From Callorhinchus milii (lineage: Eukaryota): 64,000 nt of DNA. Positions 52,226-64,000 of this stretch are shown here, piece by piece (positions within the stretch are counted from its first letter, which is position 1; every line of letters starts with the position of its first letter). Both the position numbers and the translations under genes were made by a program. The notes below the pieces were generated by a model. That model saw only the letters and a program-made list of their open reading frames with translations, had not been told where the DNA came from and did not search any database. The stretch is from the NCBI RefSeq assembly GCF_018977255.1, contig NW_024704743.1:28954001-29018000 (forward strand), given 5' to 3'.

Positions 52226-52560
52226 CAACAACACAAAATTACATTTGTAAAGTGCCTTTCACATTGGGAAGACGTCCCAAGGCACTGGATAGACAGAGTT
52301 ACTGACCCGGGCTGGAGGTCGGGTTGGGGGAGGGTGGAGGGCGGAGTGGGGAAGCAGGGAGATCGAAAGCACAGTCGAAGAGGAAGGTCTTGAGATGGGT
52401 CTTGAAGGTGGCGAGGGAGGGGGTGAGGTGGAGGGACTGTGGGATGAAGTTCCAAAGGGTGGGGGCAAAGTGGTGGAAGGCCAGCCCGCCAATAGTGGGG
52501 CGAGCAAGGCGGGGGACGTGAAGCAGGCCAGAGCCCGCTGAGTGGAGGGAGCAATGAGGA
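52226..52560 (-). mobile_element. L2 3' fragment
   Basis: Minus ORF GSGLLHVPR..IGGLAFHHFAPTLWN..FKTHLKTFLFDCAF. Confidence 0.9.
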
Positions 52561-54200
52561 TGATAGAGCTGTCGACACAGAACTGTCCAAAAAAACATTT
52601 GTTCCATGTAAATGGACTAGAACTCTGATTTAAGCTAGCTTGATGACTAACTTCAAATTAGTGGAAAAGGAAAACTGAGGTGAAAAAATTTGGTACGTGA
52701 TGTAATCATATACTGCACGTTTCATCCCACGACACTTTGGGGTTTATTTCAACAGATGGAACTCATTGTGCGGTTCCAATAGATATCAACAGTGAGGTTC
52801 AATCTGTTCTATACCAAGTTAGTTGATTTTTGACACATTATCTCAGGGCCCAAAGCACGTTTTTCTAATTCTTCACATTTCACTTCCAGTTTTTACTTTG
52901 CTTTTCCTCCTCATTTTCCACTCTTCTCCCGCCCACAGTACTTCAGTGCCATCTGCCAATAGGGTGTCTTTACCTAGACAATAGCAGACTGCTGTAGGGG
53001 ACAGCAGAAGAGAAAAGTTTGCTAGAATTCCAGCTTTTATCACTGACAGTGACCCCTGATGGAAAGTATGCATGTGTGGGCAGCGGAAGAGGATTCAGTG
53101 GGTTCACCTTTGATGTCCCTCTCTCACGGTTAAAAAAGCATCACCATCTCTTGACTTATACATTGGAGAAATTCAACCTGGGTTGAGAGATTTGTTCCTT
53201 TTATGTAACATTTCAAAGGGTGTAGAATTTAGCAAATTGTTGAATTCAGGCTTAATTTTGAAGCTTTCAAAATAAGATTGCCATAATTATTCAATATCTC
53301 CATTCTTATTGTAGTATGTGACTACCAGAGTGACAGAAAGTGGACGAGATGGACCTTGGTCTTTTTTGTCTATCAATTCCTAAGCTCCAAAAGCTATATT
53401 TAAGAATTTTGACATGTTGTGCATTCTCTGAAATGTTACATAGAATATATATAGACCCAGGTGAAATCTCTTGCCATATGAATGGCCATTAGACCAATGT
53501 ACTGGAAGCTGGTAATATAAAGGCACTTTATTAAATTCAAGGATTATTATCATTATTATAATATATATCAGTATCTTCTGGGTGGGTGGGGGGTGGATAG
53601 AGGAAAAATCAAAAGGGGCATGATTATATAAACAGAAAATATTTCAAAAGGAAATAACATTACTTAGACTGAAATTACCTTTAAAGAATAAAAATCTTTA
53701 AAATAACTTTCTATCGACAACTGAGCAGAATGTGACTATAGCTAGGAATGGGACTATGGCTTTGTATTTTGGTGTTGCATACCTTCCTTATTTGCTTTGA
53801 TCTGCATCAAAATCACTACATGTACCTGAAAACTATGTGACCATGTGCTGAATGAGTTTAGTATTTAATAACTGTTTAAATTCAGGGTAAAAAGATGATG
53901 AGTTTAAGAAACCTTTCATATATACTAAGATCAAAGGCTTGTGGCAAATCTGTACTTTTTAAAATATAAAATACACTTTGAAGAAAAGATGAAAAGAAGC
54001 ATATTTCCATTATTGTAGTGGGGAGCTGAAATGCAACTGAGTATTAATTTATAGTAGACTCATAGCCAGTGACCTGGCCCATAATCACCCACATAAAATT
54101 GATGACTCACTCCATTGCTGTTTGTGGAATATTGCTCTGTGCAAATTGGCGGCCACATTCACCCACAAAATACACAGTCACTACTCTTTACAGTACAGTT

Positions 54201-54523
54201 GTGGAGTCCTGTAGCTCAGTGGTTAGAGCACTCGCTTTGCAAGCGAGAGACCTGAGTTCAATTCCAGGCAGGGCGAAACCTTGGGCAAGTTTCCTTACTC
54301 CACACGCCTAATAATAATTCCTCCAAAAAACAAAACAATAATAAATTGGTCATTTTCAATCCATGACTGTTTGTGGGACATTGCTGTGCGCAATTGGCTG
54401 CCGCGTTCGCCCACAAATATACAGTCAATTCACTTTACAGTGTGTTCTGTGAAGCGCTTTGGGACGTCCTCCCGACGTGAAAAGCGCTATATCAAATGCA
54501 AGGATTATTATTATTATTATATT
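54201..54523 (+). mobile_element. Full-length young tRNA-Ala(TGC)-derived SINE nested in an older SINE tail
   Basis: A box TAGCTCAGTGG, anticodon arm CTCGC-TTTGCAA-GCGAG, B box GTTCAATTCC, L2-type tail with (TTA)n; ttacagta occurs near both ends. Confidence 0.95.
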
Positions 54524-55060
54524 ACAGTATATCCTGTGAAGTACTTTGAGATATCTCAATGACGTGTTAAGACACTATACCAAATACAAGGATTATTGCT
54601 ATTTTTATTATGCAACCTGTTGCTGTTCTGAAGCTTTTCCTGTAAGAGCGATGTCCTTTGAGTCTTTGGTTCTGACTAAGTGAAGCTGAACGCTTCAGTT
54701 CTTTGAGCTCAGGACAGCTAAGACTTCCAATAGGGGGTACAGTGATCAGAAGGCTGAATCTGATTGCTCAATCTTGAGAGTTTGATGATCATGTGATTGA
54801 ATTCCCACAAAGATACAGTAACATTTAAAGCTGCTCTGGGTCCCAATATTAATTATTCCTCATCTGAATCGAGTCCCCTTCCCTCACGCTGATCTTGTTT
54901 TTTACTGTCAGGAAAGACATGTAGATAATTTTAGTATTTGATTTCATCTCTCCACAGAATGAATTAACAAAGAGGTTACTAAAGTACTGTATTCTAATAA
55001 TAATAATTATAATCCTTGCATTTGATATTGCACCTTACACATCTCAAAGTGCTTCACATT

Positions 55061-55427
55061 ATAATAATAATAATCATTGTTTTTGATATAGCTCCTTATC
55101 ACGTCTTCTAGACGTCTCAAGTGCTTCAGATAATATACTATAAAGTGAATTGACTGTATGTTTTGTCTTTAAAACATGGAAGCCAATTTTGCACAGGAAT
55201 GTCCCACAAACAGTCATGGGTTAAGTGACCAAATTATTAATATTATTATTTTTGAAAGAATTATTACATCCGGAAAATCGACTAAGAACCACGTTCATAC
55301 TTACTGCTAGGTAAACAGAGGCGTGTGGAGTAAGAAAACTTACCCAACGTTTTGCCCTGCCGGGATCAATCCCAGGTCTCTCGCAAGCAAGGCGAGTGCT
55401 ATAGCCATTGAGCTACAGGAATCCACA
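55061..55427 (-). mobile_element. tRNA-Ala SINE, long (older) form
   Basis: Same head and tail plus an extra ~50-nt internal segment at ~55270-55320. Confidence 0.85.
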
Positions 55428-56430
55428 TTATCCCAGCTCCTTGGGACGTCCTCCTGACGTGAAAGGCACTATACAACAAATGTAATTTTTTATTGTTGTT
55501 GAACTGTCTCAAAGAATTTTACTGCAAAGGTTAGTGACTGTGCATTTGTAGTTGAAGATGAATACTTCCAGTCTAGGACTGGGCAGATGAAAAACGGCTG
55601 AGTTTTGACTTTCAGTGAACTCATAGCCATTATGCAACCTGCTGCTGTTTTGCAGCTTTTTCACTTACAGAGATGTGCAATGAGGTTTTCATACACCACA
55701 GTAAAGCAGGCAATAGTGCCTTGTATTAAAAGTTCGGGTATGATTTGATTTAAGGACAAATGTTAGCTGGTCATTATTGGAAGGAGATTGCTGTGTAAAG
55801 ATCTTTAAAATAGCAGTCGATTTTAATTGATGCATCATGGAATAATTGTACAATGAATTTTTATTCAAATCATTCTATATTTTTGTTGACAGACTCCATG
55901 GATTAATTTCACTGTTTTATGCTACTTTGCCAGCATAATCCATCGAATAACTTGCAAATTATTGCAATCTTCTTGAAAAATGTTCATATTTCATACCTGT
56001 CAATTATGAATGACAGCTATTGCCAAAGGGACATAGTGTTTGCTTGTAGTTTGCAGCGTGATACACTGCCTGCTTAGGCATGCAAAAGGCATAGTGTCTC
56101 TTCAGAGTACATAGTACCTATTCCCTTTTATCCTCCCACACCGGCACTCCTTGTGTAATGTTCACAGGTATGCCGGGCAGGAATGCACGTAGTGAGTGAG
56201 AGTGCTCCAAATCCAGCAGCATATGATACAAATTATTGTTTCGACTTTTCCATGGCAAGTAACAAACATTCGAGCAAGCATATTATCAAATGGCATTTGC
56301 AAATATTTTATACAGTTGACTAAGATTACATGAGCCAGAAAACATTATACTCAGACACAGTACAGCTAGAACTAACAATCACAGAACTAGAGGGCATCTT
56401 TCAGAAGATGACAATAACATATTACAGAGC

Positions 56431-56505
56431 TGACACTGAACACTTGTGTGACACTGAACAATGATTGTGACATTGAACACTGGTTGTGACACTGAGCATT
56501 TGTGA
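56431..56505. repeat. Minisatellite, 4 units of ~16-19 nt (TGACACTGAACA core)
   Basis: tgacactgaacacttgtg / tgacactgaacaatgattg / tgacattgaacactggttg / tgacactgagcatttg. Confidence 0.85.
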
Positions 56506-57901
56506 TGAGGAAAGGTTAGCGGTAGTTGAAGGGGCAGAGTGACTATTAAATAGCTGATACTTGAAGGAGGCCGTGTGTGCTCAGGATGAATCAGGGACAG
56601 ATCTTTGGTGCCCTACCCAATTTACATGGCAGGAGTGGGCTGATTAAACCTTGCGTCTTATTCCAAGTTTCCTCAAACATATGGATTTACCACATTATGG
56701 TTTTCTTCAATGCCTGAACACCTGACAGAATGCAAAATTCTCTACTTTTTTTGATCAAATTGTTTCACAAAACCTTTCAGTTTTTTGCGTTAATTTGAAC
56801 AAAAGTCATTCAAATGTTTCTGGATTTAACCCTTTCGATCCCCCATTGGCCTTAAGAAGAGCCAGCGGGTGATGACAGTGGACAGAGACAATAATAGAAA
56901 ATGTACAATTCAGGAGACAAAGTCTCATTGCTTGTAAAATCTGAATTTCAGTGCAAAATAAGGCCAGCAACCAAGAATGAGCAATAAAGGGTAATGAAAG
57001 GTCAGTTTGTTTCCTGCACACATTTTATGGTTTACAATCTGCTGCGCCTGATTCTAGCTGCCCTACAAATGTTTTTAAAAAAACAGCCAAGACCCACTCA
57101 GCAATACTTTGTGGCTGTAAAAATCTCGACTGATTCTAACCTGAGGGGATATCCCTTCGCACACTGGCCTTTACTTTTACAATTTTCTCCCATGTTTCCT
57201 GAATCCCATAACTTGTGCTGGAGTTTGACTCAACAGGCACTGTCAACCCTCAGTGACTCACCCCAGTGGCCACTCTACATCTTTGAGTAAAGGCTTTTAA
57301 TCAAGGTAATCATATTCACAAGGTTGGTTTGGATGCACAAAACGCTCCAGCCCATCTCATCCCTCCAGAACACCCATCACAATAGGCTACTTTTTAAATG
57401 AGTCCACTGCCCGGGCCTAAGTGATTCAATATTGATCAAGAGCAGTAGCCTGGCTGCTTTTGCTTCCTCTCTCCGCCCAAGGACACTACCGTCAATTGTA
57501 ACACCAGCACCATTACTAATAGCTTAGTTGAGATCAACTAGCTCAACACAGACCAGGACTGAAATGCAACCCAGTCTTAGCCTCTGTAAGACAGTTTTGG
57601 ACAATTCTTAAATTCAGTCCTACTTTGAAAGCCCATTTCCCACATGAAAGTTCTTGAAAAAAACTGTTTTCCAAAATTAAGAATGAATTCATTTATTTTT
57701 TCACAATTGTGCAAAATCTTTTTAAAAATTACAAAATGATCTTGAGGAGTAAGACTAGATGAAACTTCAGGCCCCCGAATTTGTTATTAACTTGCCAAGC
57801 TATTAATGTTGACACGTTTCATGCATTATTTTACTTGCTAACCTCAACATGCATAGGGCTAGAATCTGTTCCATCGGGCAAGGAACTGGAACAATTGCAT
57901 T

Positions 57902-58140
57902 CAACAACAACAAGATTACATTTGTATAGCGCCTTTCACGTCGGGAGGACGTCCCAAGGCTCCGGACAGTGTACAGCATTTCAGACCCGAGCTGGGGTCA
58001 GGGGGGAGAAGGGAGGGGAGGGGAAGGGGAATAGCCGATGGCATGGTCGAAGAGGAGGGTCTTGAGGCGGGACTTGAAGGAGGCTAAGGAGGGGGCGAGA
58101 CAGAGTGATTGGGGGATGGAATTCCAGAGGTTGGTGGGGG
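57902..58140 (-). mobile_element. L2 3' end
   Basis: caacaacaacaagattacatttgtatagcgcctttcacgtcgggaggacgtcccaagg. Confidence 0.9.
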
Positions 58141-58494
58141 TTAGGAGGATTTAATGCACAAACATGCAATAGACTAATTTGAAATAAATTGCACAGATTA
58201 TATCATAAAATAACTAATGACTATCCTCCTTAGGGGGGAGATAAGTGGGGTCTCCTTGGAGCTGAACTGGCTCCAGCATGACATGTTTGAGAACAGAATG
58301 TCGGAATCAAGTCAATTCTCTTAGCGGCTTCGCAGTCTTGTTTCTGAGCCAGGCAGGAACACAGTAATCCAGGCCATTGGTGACAGACCAGCCAGCCAGT
58401 CAGCCAACCAGGCTCACTGGCAGGACTTTGGAGGGGCAGAATGGGGGNCAGAGATTCTTCCCACTCAGCTCCGATTAACCCTACAAGCCAAAGT

Positions 58495-59055
58495 AATGGG
58501 TAGGATTGCCCTCCTCACTGGTCTCCCATCCACTACCATTCATAAAATGCAGGTCATCCAGACCTCTGCTACCCACATTCTTACCCGCATCAAACTCTGC
58601 TCCCGGATTACTCCAGTCCTTGCCAGACTGCACTGGCTGCCTGTCCCAGAGAGAATCGAATTCAAGATCCTCACCCTTGTATTTAAATCCCTCCACTCCT
58701 CTGCACCACCCTATCTCTCTGATCTCCTTTCTCCTCAGAACAGTGCCCATTACCTTCGCTCCACCGGGTCTGGCCTCTGCCTTGTCTTCCGAATCCTCCA
58801 CTCCACCATCGGCGGCCATGCCTTCAGCCACTACGACACGAGACTCTGGAACTCCCTTCCTCACTCCCTTCACCTCGCCCCCTTTCTTCCTATTTTCAGG
58901 TCTCGGCTAAAAACCTTTCTTTTCGACCACGCCTTTGGTCACCTTCTTCCCCTCCCCCTGGCTCGGCCCTAGGATTCGTTACTGTAAAGTCCTCTGAGAT
59001 GCTGTCTGGTGTAGAGGGCACTATATAAATCCAAGTTGTTGTTGTTATTGTTGTA
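58495..59055 (+). mobile_element. L2 3' fragment
   Basis: ORF 58496..58972 [46 protein letters not shown], then (GTT)n tail. Confidence 0.92.
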
Positions 59056-59079
59056 GGGTTGTCCTAGTTGGTGACGTAT

Positions 59080-59662
59080 AAAAGGTTAGTCCAAAGGCCC
59101 ATGGAATTGGGGGGAGTATATTAACGTGGATTGGGGAATGGTTAATGGGTAGGAAACAAAGAGTAGGGATAAACGGGTCCTTTTCAGATTGGCGGGATGT
59201 GACAAGTGGAGTGCCACAAGGATCAGTCCTTGGGCCTCAGCTATTTACCATCTACATCAACGATCTATAAAATCATCAAAGGGCATGATAGAGTAGATTG
59301 TGGGAGATTGTTTCCCCTGGTTGTAGAAACTAAAACCAGGGGTCACAACCTTAAAATCAGAGGCCAGCCCTTTCGCACTGAGTTGAGGAAGAACTTCTTC
59401 ACTCAAAGGATGGTGAATGTATGGAACTCACTACCCCAAAGGGCTGTTGACGCTTAGTCCTTGAACATATTCAAGACTGAGATAGATAGATTTCTTATTG
59501 CAAAAGGGATTAAAGGATATGGGGATAATGCAGGGTCAAGTTATTAGCTGGAGTTAGATTAGAAGATCATCCATGATTGAATCACGGGGCAGGCTCGAAG
59601 GGCCGAATGGCTTACTCCTGCTTCTACATGTTATGTTATGTTATGTTATGCTATGTTATGTT
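59080..59662 (+). mobile_element. CR1 LINE with internal deletion and (TGTTA)n tail
   Basis: [20 protein letters not shown] is joined directly to [25 protein letters not shown]; CR1 3' UTR ggccgaatggc. Confidence 0.92.
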
Positions 59663-59664
59663 AA

Positions 59665-60745
59665 ACAGTGTAGTTTTTCTTCTGGCTTCCACCCGGTCAC
59701 CTGCGCGGTACCCCAAGGATCCATCTCTTCCTCATCTATATGCTCCCTCTTGGTGATGTCATCTGCAGACATGGGGTTAACTTCCACATGTATGCGGATG
59801 ACACTCAACTCTACTTTTCCACCTCCAGCTGCGATCCTTCAGTCCCCTGATGTTCTGTCAGCTTGTCTATCAGACATCAAGAGCTGGATGAGCACAAATT
59901 TCCTGCAGTTAAATGTCAACAAGACGGAAGCCATACTCTTTGGCTCCCGCCAATGTCTTCTGTCCCATGGTACCGATCTCCTCAACCTACCCAACCTGTC
60001 CTTAAAACTCTCTGAACCTGTGTGCAACTTAGGCATCAGGTTCGATCCCCAGTTATCCTTCCTCTCCGTCAACCGGTCTCTGTCCAGCACTGCCTTCTTC
60101 CACCTCCGACACATTGCTCGTCTCCGATATTACCTCACCCCAAAATCTGCTGAAACCCTTATCCAATGCTTTTGTCGCCTCTCGGCTGGACTATTCTAAT
60201 GCTCTCCTCATCGATTTCCCCTCCTCCACTATTCACAAAATTCAGCTCATTCAAAACTCCGCCGCCCGCATTCTCACCCACACCAAATTTTGTACCCCGA
60301 TTACTCCAGTCCTTGTCAAACTCCACTGGCTTCCTGTCACAGAGCAGATCAACTTCAAGATCCTCACTCTAGTGTTTAAATCCCTCCATTCCTTTGGCAT
60401 CCCCTATTTCTCTAACCTCCTCTCTCCCCACAGCAGTACCCGCTGCCTCCGTTCTATTGGGTCCAGCCTCCTCCGTGTCCCCCGTATCCTCCGCTCCACC
60501 ATCGGCGTTTTTGCCTTCAGCCACTATGTCCCGAAGCTTTGGAACTCCCTCCCTCAACCCCTTCACCTCATCCTCTCCTTCCCCATCTTCAGGTTGCGCT
60601 TGAAGGCTTTCCTCTTCGACCGTGCCTATGGTCACCTTCCCCCTCCCCCTGGCTTGGCCTCGGATTCCGCCTTTGTTAAGCGCTCTGAGACGCCAACCGG
60701 CATGGAGAACGCTATATAAATGCAAGTTGTTGCTGCTGCTGTTGT
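59665..60745 (+). pseudogene. L2 LINE ORF2 (RT domain to 3' end), frameshifted
   Basis: AVPQGS..HGVNFHMYADDTQLY..DIKSWMSTNFLQLNVNKTE..SRLDYSNALL..LHWLPV..LWNSLP, then L2 tail. Confidence 0.95.
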
Positions 60746-60749
60746 AGTT

Positions 60750-60990
60750 TAGCTGGTTAGATTCCAACAGTACCCCAACGCACCCTCTGAGATCCATATC
60801 CTTGCAAACCTGCATCTGATGTTCTCTGGAATTAGGTAAGCAGGGTGTAGCTCTCTAAGTATAAATTCCATCCCAGATATGGAGATTTCCATGTGTAGGC
60901 GGAATACATAGAAGTCTCAGACTCGATTGGGTACTGTTAAACATGGTGAAGAGTTTCCCTGTGTGTTAAACACCCGGCTGACATACAAAT
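60750..60990 (+). repeat. Family X, longest sense copy
   Basis: ctctggaattaggtaagcagggtg..atttccatgtgtagg..aaacacccggctgacatacaaa. Confidence 0.7.
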
Positions 60991-61122
60991 AATCATAAAA
61001 AGCTACAACAAGATACACTGTGCAATCTAATGAATATGCATTGTATGACATAATGTGCAATATGAAATGACAATATATTAATATACAACATGACATTAAA
61101 ATAACAAGTAGGCATTAACAAA

Positions 61123-61452
61123 TGGAGTCCTGTAGCTCAGTGGTTAGAGTATTCACCTTGCAAGCGAGAGACCTGAGTTCAATTCCAGGCAGGGCGAAAC
61201 CTTGGCCAAGTTTCCTTACTCCACATACCTAATAATAATCCCTCCAAAACCAAAAACAATAATAAATTGGTCATTTTTAATCTACAACTCTTTGTGGGAC
61301 ATTGCTGTGCGCAATTGGCTGCCGCGTTCGCCCACAAATATACAATCAATTCACTTTACAGTGTGTTCTGTGAAGCGCTTTGGGACGTCTTCCCGACGTG
61401 AAAAGTGCTATATGAAATGCAAGGATTATCATTATTATTATTATTATTATTA
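61123..61452 (+). mobile_element. Full-length tRNA-Ala SINE
   Basis: Close match to 54201-54523. Confidence 0.95.
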
Positions 61453-61809
61453 TAAGTGCTTTAAGGTTCATACCATATGCGGAGATATAATGGTGCCAAT
61501 CATTTTGAATGTCGTCACAAATTGAATGCTGGAGAGCTAAACAAGATAATAGCTTTGTCAGTGTAAATGTGTTAATCTGGAATAACTGCCAGCATTTACA
61601 AAGTATGCTGAGCTGTCTGTTATCTCAATCTCTGATGTCATTTGCTATTCCATTCAGGAATGGAATGCTAACCTGTAAAATCTCACCACCTGGAAACCAA
61701 CATGCAAGATTTTCCATTGGTACTGAGTCATCACATTACATTTGAATCTCTGAGTAATTAAGTGTTTCACACAAATATACTCTACACAAAGGCTCCCCTG
61801 ATGGCACAA

Positions 61810-62200
61810 TGTCTTTATTTAAATCCCTCCATGGTTTCGCCCCACTCTACCTCACACCTTACCTCTGTGAACTCCTCCAACTACACCATCCCAGCCAATC
61901 ACTTTGCTCAGCGAACACTGGCCTATTTCATGTCCCCTGCTCTATCCGCCACGCCATCAAAGAGAGAAGTGTCAGCCATTATGTCCCTGCTCTCTACAAT
62001 TCCATACCAGAATCCGTCCAACTCATATTCTTTTCAGGCACTTCTTAAAACGTACACTTTGACCATGTTTCAGTTATCTTACCACGCCCCACCCACTTTG
62101 GCTCCCTCTCCCATCTCAGGTGTTCATCCAGCAGTGTGAAGCACTTTGAGACATCCTCCCAACATGAAAAGTCTTTATAAATCTAAATTGTATTGTGTTT
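61810..62200 (+). mobile_element. L2 3' fragment
   Basis: ORF LFKSLHGFAPLYL..LYNSIP plus tail. Confidence 0.85.
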
Positions 62201-62210
62201 AGTGAAAGAT

Positions 62211-62550
62211 GAGCCATGCAGACCAGAAGCCCAGGTTCAATCTCTGCTATGGAGTGAGTTAACTGATTTCAATCTGGACAGATGTTGGGATGTTACAATT
62301 CACCTCAATGCCTGAGTTAAAGAGGGACAAAAAATATCAGTGACGGTTCCCATTGTGACGATACCTCATTGTTATCTAGCATGCCCTCCTGGAAGGTGCA
62401 GGTATATGGACTCAGGGTGAGGACAGGAGGACTTGGCTGTGATGTCTTCCAAGGTCTAGTTGCCTGCTAACGATCTTCATCAGCGCTCACACAAACAAAT
62501 TGAATAAGACTTTGGAGGGTGTCTGGAGTATTGTATGTGGAACCTTACCG
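62211..62550 (+). mobile_element. Ancient SINE-like family Y
   Basis: B-box-like ggttcaatc in the head; body shared with 21360-21810, 53030-53130 and 57400-57565. Confidence 0.55.
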
Positions 62551-63311
62551 CAGCTTAAGAAAAGAAGTCCCACTCCTTGAGGAGAGGAAGGAAGAAAATT
62601 AGAGGATAGCATTGGTGAGAGCAAATAAGCGATGTATGTAAAAGTAACAGCCAGTTGTGAAAATAAGGTATTATCAAAAATAACACCTGCATTTTATTTA
62701 GTGCAGAATATTATTATTGATCAGCCACACTTCATTGCGTTAACACTTTTAGACCATTGGGAAGTCAAAAGTCTTTTACTAATTTCCTTGGTAGATTGGG
62801 GGAAGGGATGGAAGGGAGGGAAGACAGGAGTTTTCGCCCTGTCTGCACAGTCATCAAATGTTTCCCGACAGAGGGAAAACAGTATCTTAAGTGTTACTGC
62901 TGTGCTTCACCTAAATATGGAAGTTACGATCTTCAGTTGAGCAACATTTCTGACTGTTGGTGGAATTTGCACACACAGTACAAAACATCAATTAAATCGT
63001 TTAAAGGCCGTTGTTATCCAATTAAGGTGTCCAAGGTACAATTTTCTCTCACCTCTGTATCTAAATTATGTGGTCATAAGTAGAGATTGGTATGAGTAGT
63101 CGGTAAGCCTTAGATCTGAGCTCCTACCTGTTTCTATCATTTGGAAAGAGATTATAGGATTAACAAGTGACAGCGGTGTTTGCTCCCATTGTAGCAGCAA
63201 TAATTCTTTCAAACGAGGTGAGAGACACACAGGAGGTATTAGCCCCAGGCGACACTATCACTGTAGGATACCATACTGCCAGTGAGGGTCTATTGACAGT
63301 CGTACAGGACT

Positions 63312-63428
63312 GTTTTTTGGTCAGCCGGGTGTCTGATACATGCGGAAACCCATCACCATGCTTAAGTGTATCCAAACCAAGCTAAGAATTCCATGCATCG
63401 CATCTACACATGGAAATTCCAGAGATAA
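63312..63428 (-). repeat. Family X 3' end
   Basis: ttttttggtcagccgggtgtctgatacatgcggaaacccatcaccatgcttaagtgtatcc. Confidence 0.8.
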
Positions 63429-64000
63429 GCCACAGTACTGTGACAGAGAACTCTCTCTCTCTCTCTCACTCTGTGCAGGGAAGGTTACAACTGTTGAGAT
63501 GCAATGGGTTGCAGTCAATGTGAAAATGTCAGAGAGCCCATTGTTTTGTATAAATGGGATTTCTCCCATTTGTTACCCCACCCCCCCACCCCCCACCTTA
63601 GGGAATTTTATCAAATATCAAATATCAAATCTTCCCAAGTTTAATGTAATTCAAACAGTTGTAGAATAATTCTCCCACTGCAACAAACTTTGATTACCCC
63701 CTTTAATGGACATCACCCAGTAGATAATTGAAATTTGTACATAATCACGAGTTTCCAGATCAGTTACTATGAGCTTCAAACAGATTTTGCCTCTACATTC
63801 TGCAGATAGCAATAATTTCCTTGGAATTGCTACTATGGAGCCTGTGTGGGGAGACATTCCGATTCCACACAGTTTAGTGGGATCAGGATGTAGCATTATT
63901 ACTACAGAAAGGTATCTGGACAGCATTTGAATAGTATTGTTGAGAAACACTTGGCTGGCTAGTCCATGTGCAAAAGATCACACTGTACTGATACAGACAG

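Noticed and set aside
54204-54276. tRNA-Ala(TGC) gene
   Set aside because: Continues directly into a SINE body and recurs in many copies; it is a SINE head
54281-54562. Recurring similar ORFs ending KRYIKCKDYYYY (also 29032, 37375, 61202)
   Set aside because: Translations of the same SINE, not a protein family
56431-56505. CRISPR-like repeat array
   Set aside because: Units are under 20 nt with no real spacers, no cas genes, and the context is vertebrate

Overview
Vertebrate non-coding genomic DNA, either a long intron or a gene desert. The repeat set (L2 and CR1 LINE fragments, DeuSINE-type SINEs, a Penelope-like element) points to a cartilaginous fish, possibly a chimaera; this is inferred from recalled repeat sequences, not from a search. 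No host protein-coding gene is recognisable: ORFs with recognisable content are decayed L2/CR1 ORF2 pieces, a fossil hAT (GTF2IRD2/SPIN-like) transposase at ~8.2-9.8 kb, a Penelope GIY-YIG end, or chance frames through SINEs. Most notable observations: (1) an apparently intact minimal hammerhead ribozyme in the Penelope-like element (3856-3892); (2) a young tRNA-Ala-headed SINE that shares its 3' half with older Deu-type SINEs and its tail with L2, present in long and short forms; (3) an unclassified old repeat (about 7 pieces) ending in a stem-loop plus oligo-A; (4) two long isolated hairpins (26840-26955, 42738-42794); (5) repeat-poor islands with candidate micro-exons. I found no convincing evidence of a wholly new biological system. 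Repeat boundaries were read by eye and are approximate (tens of bases).
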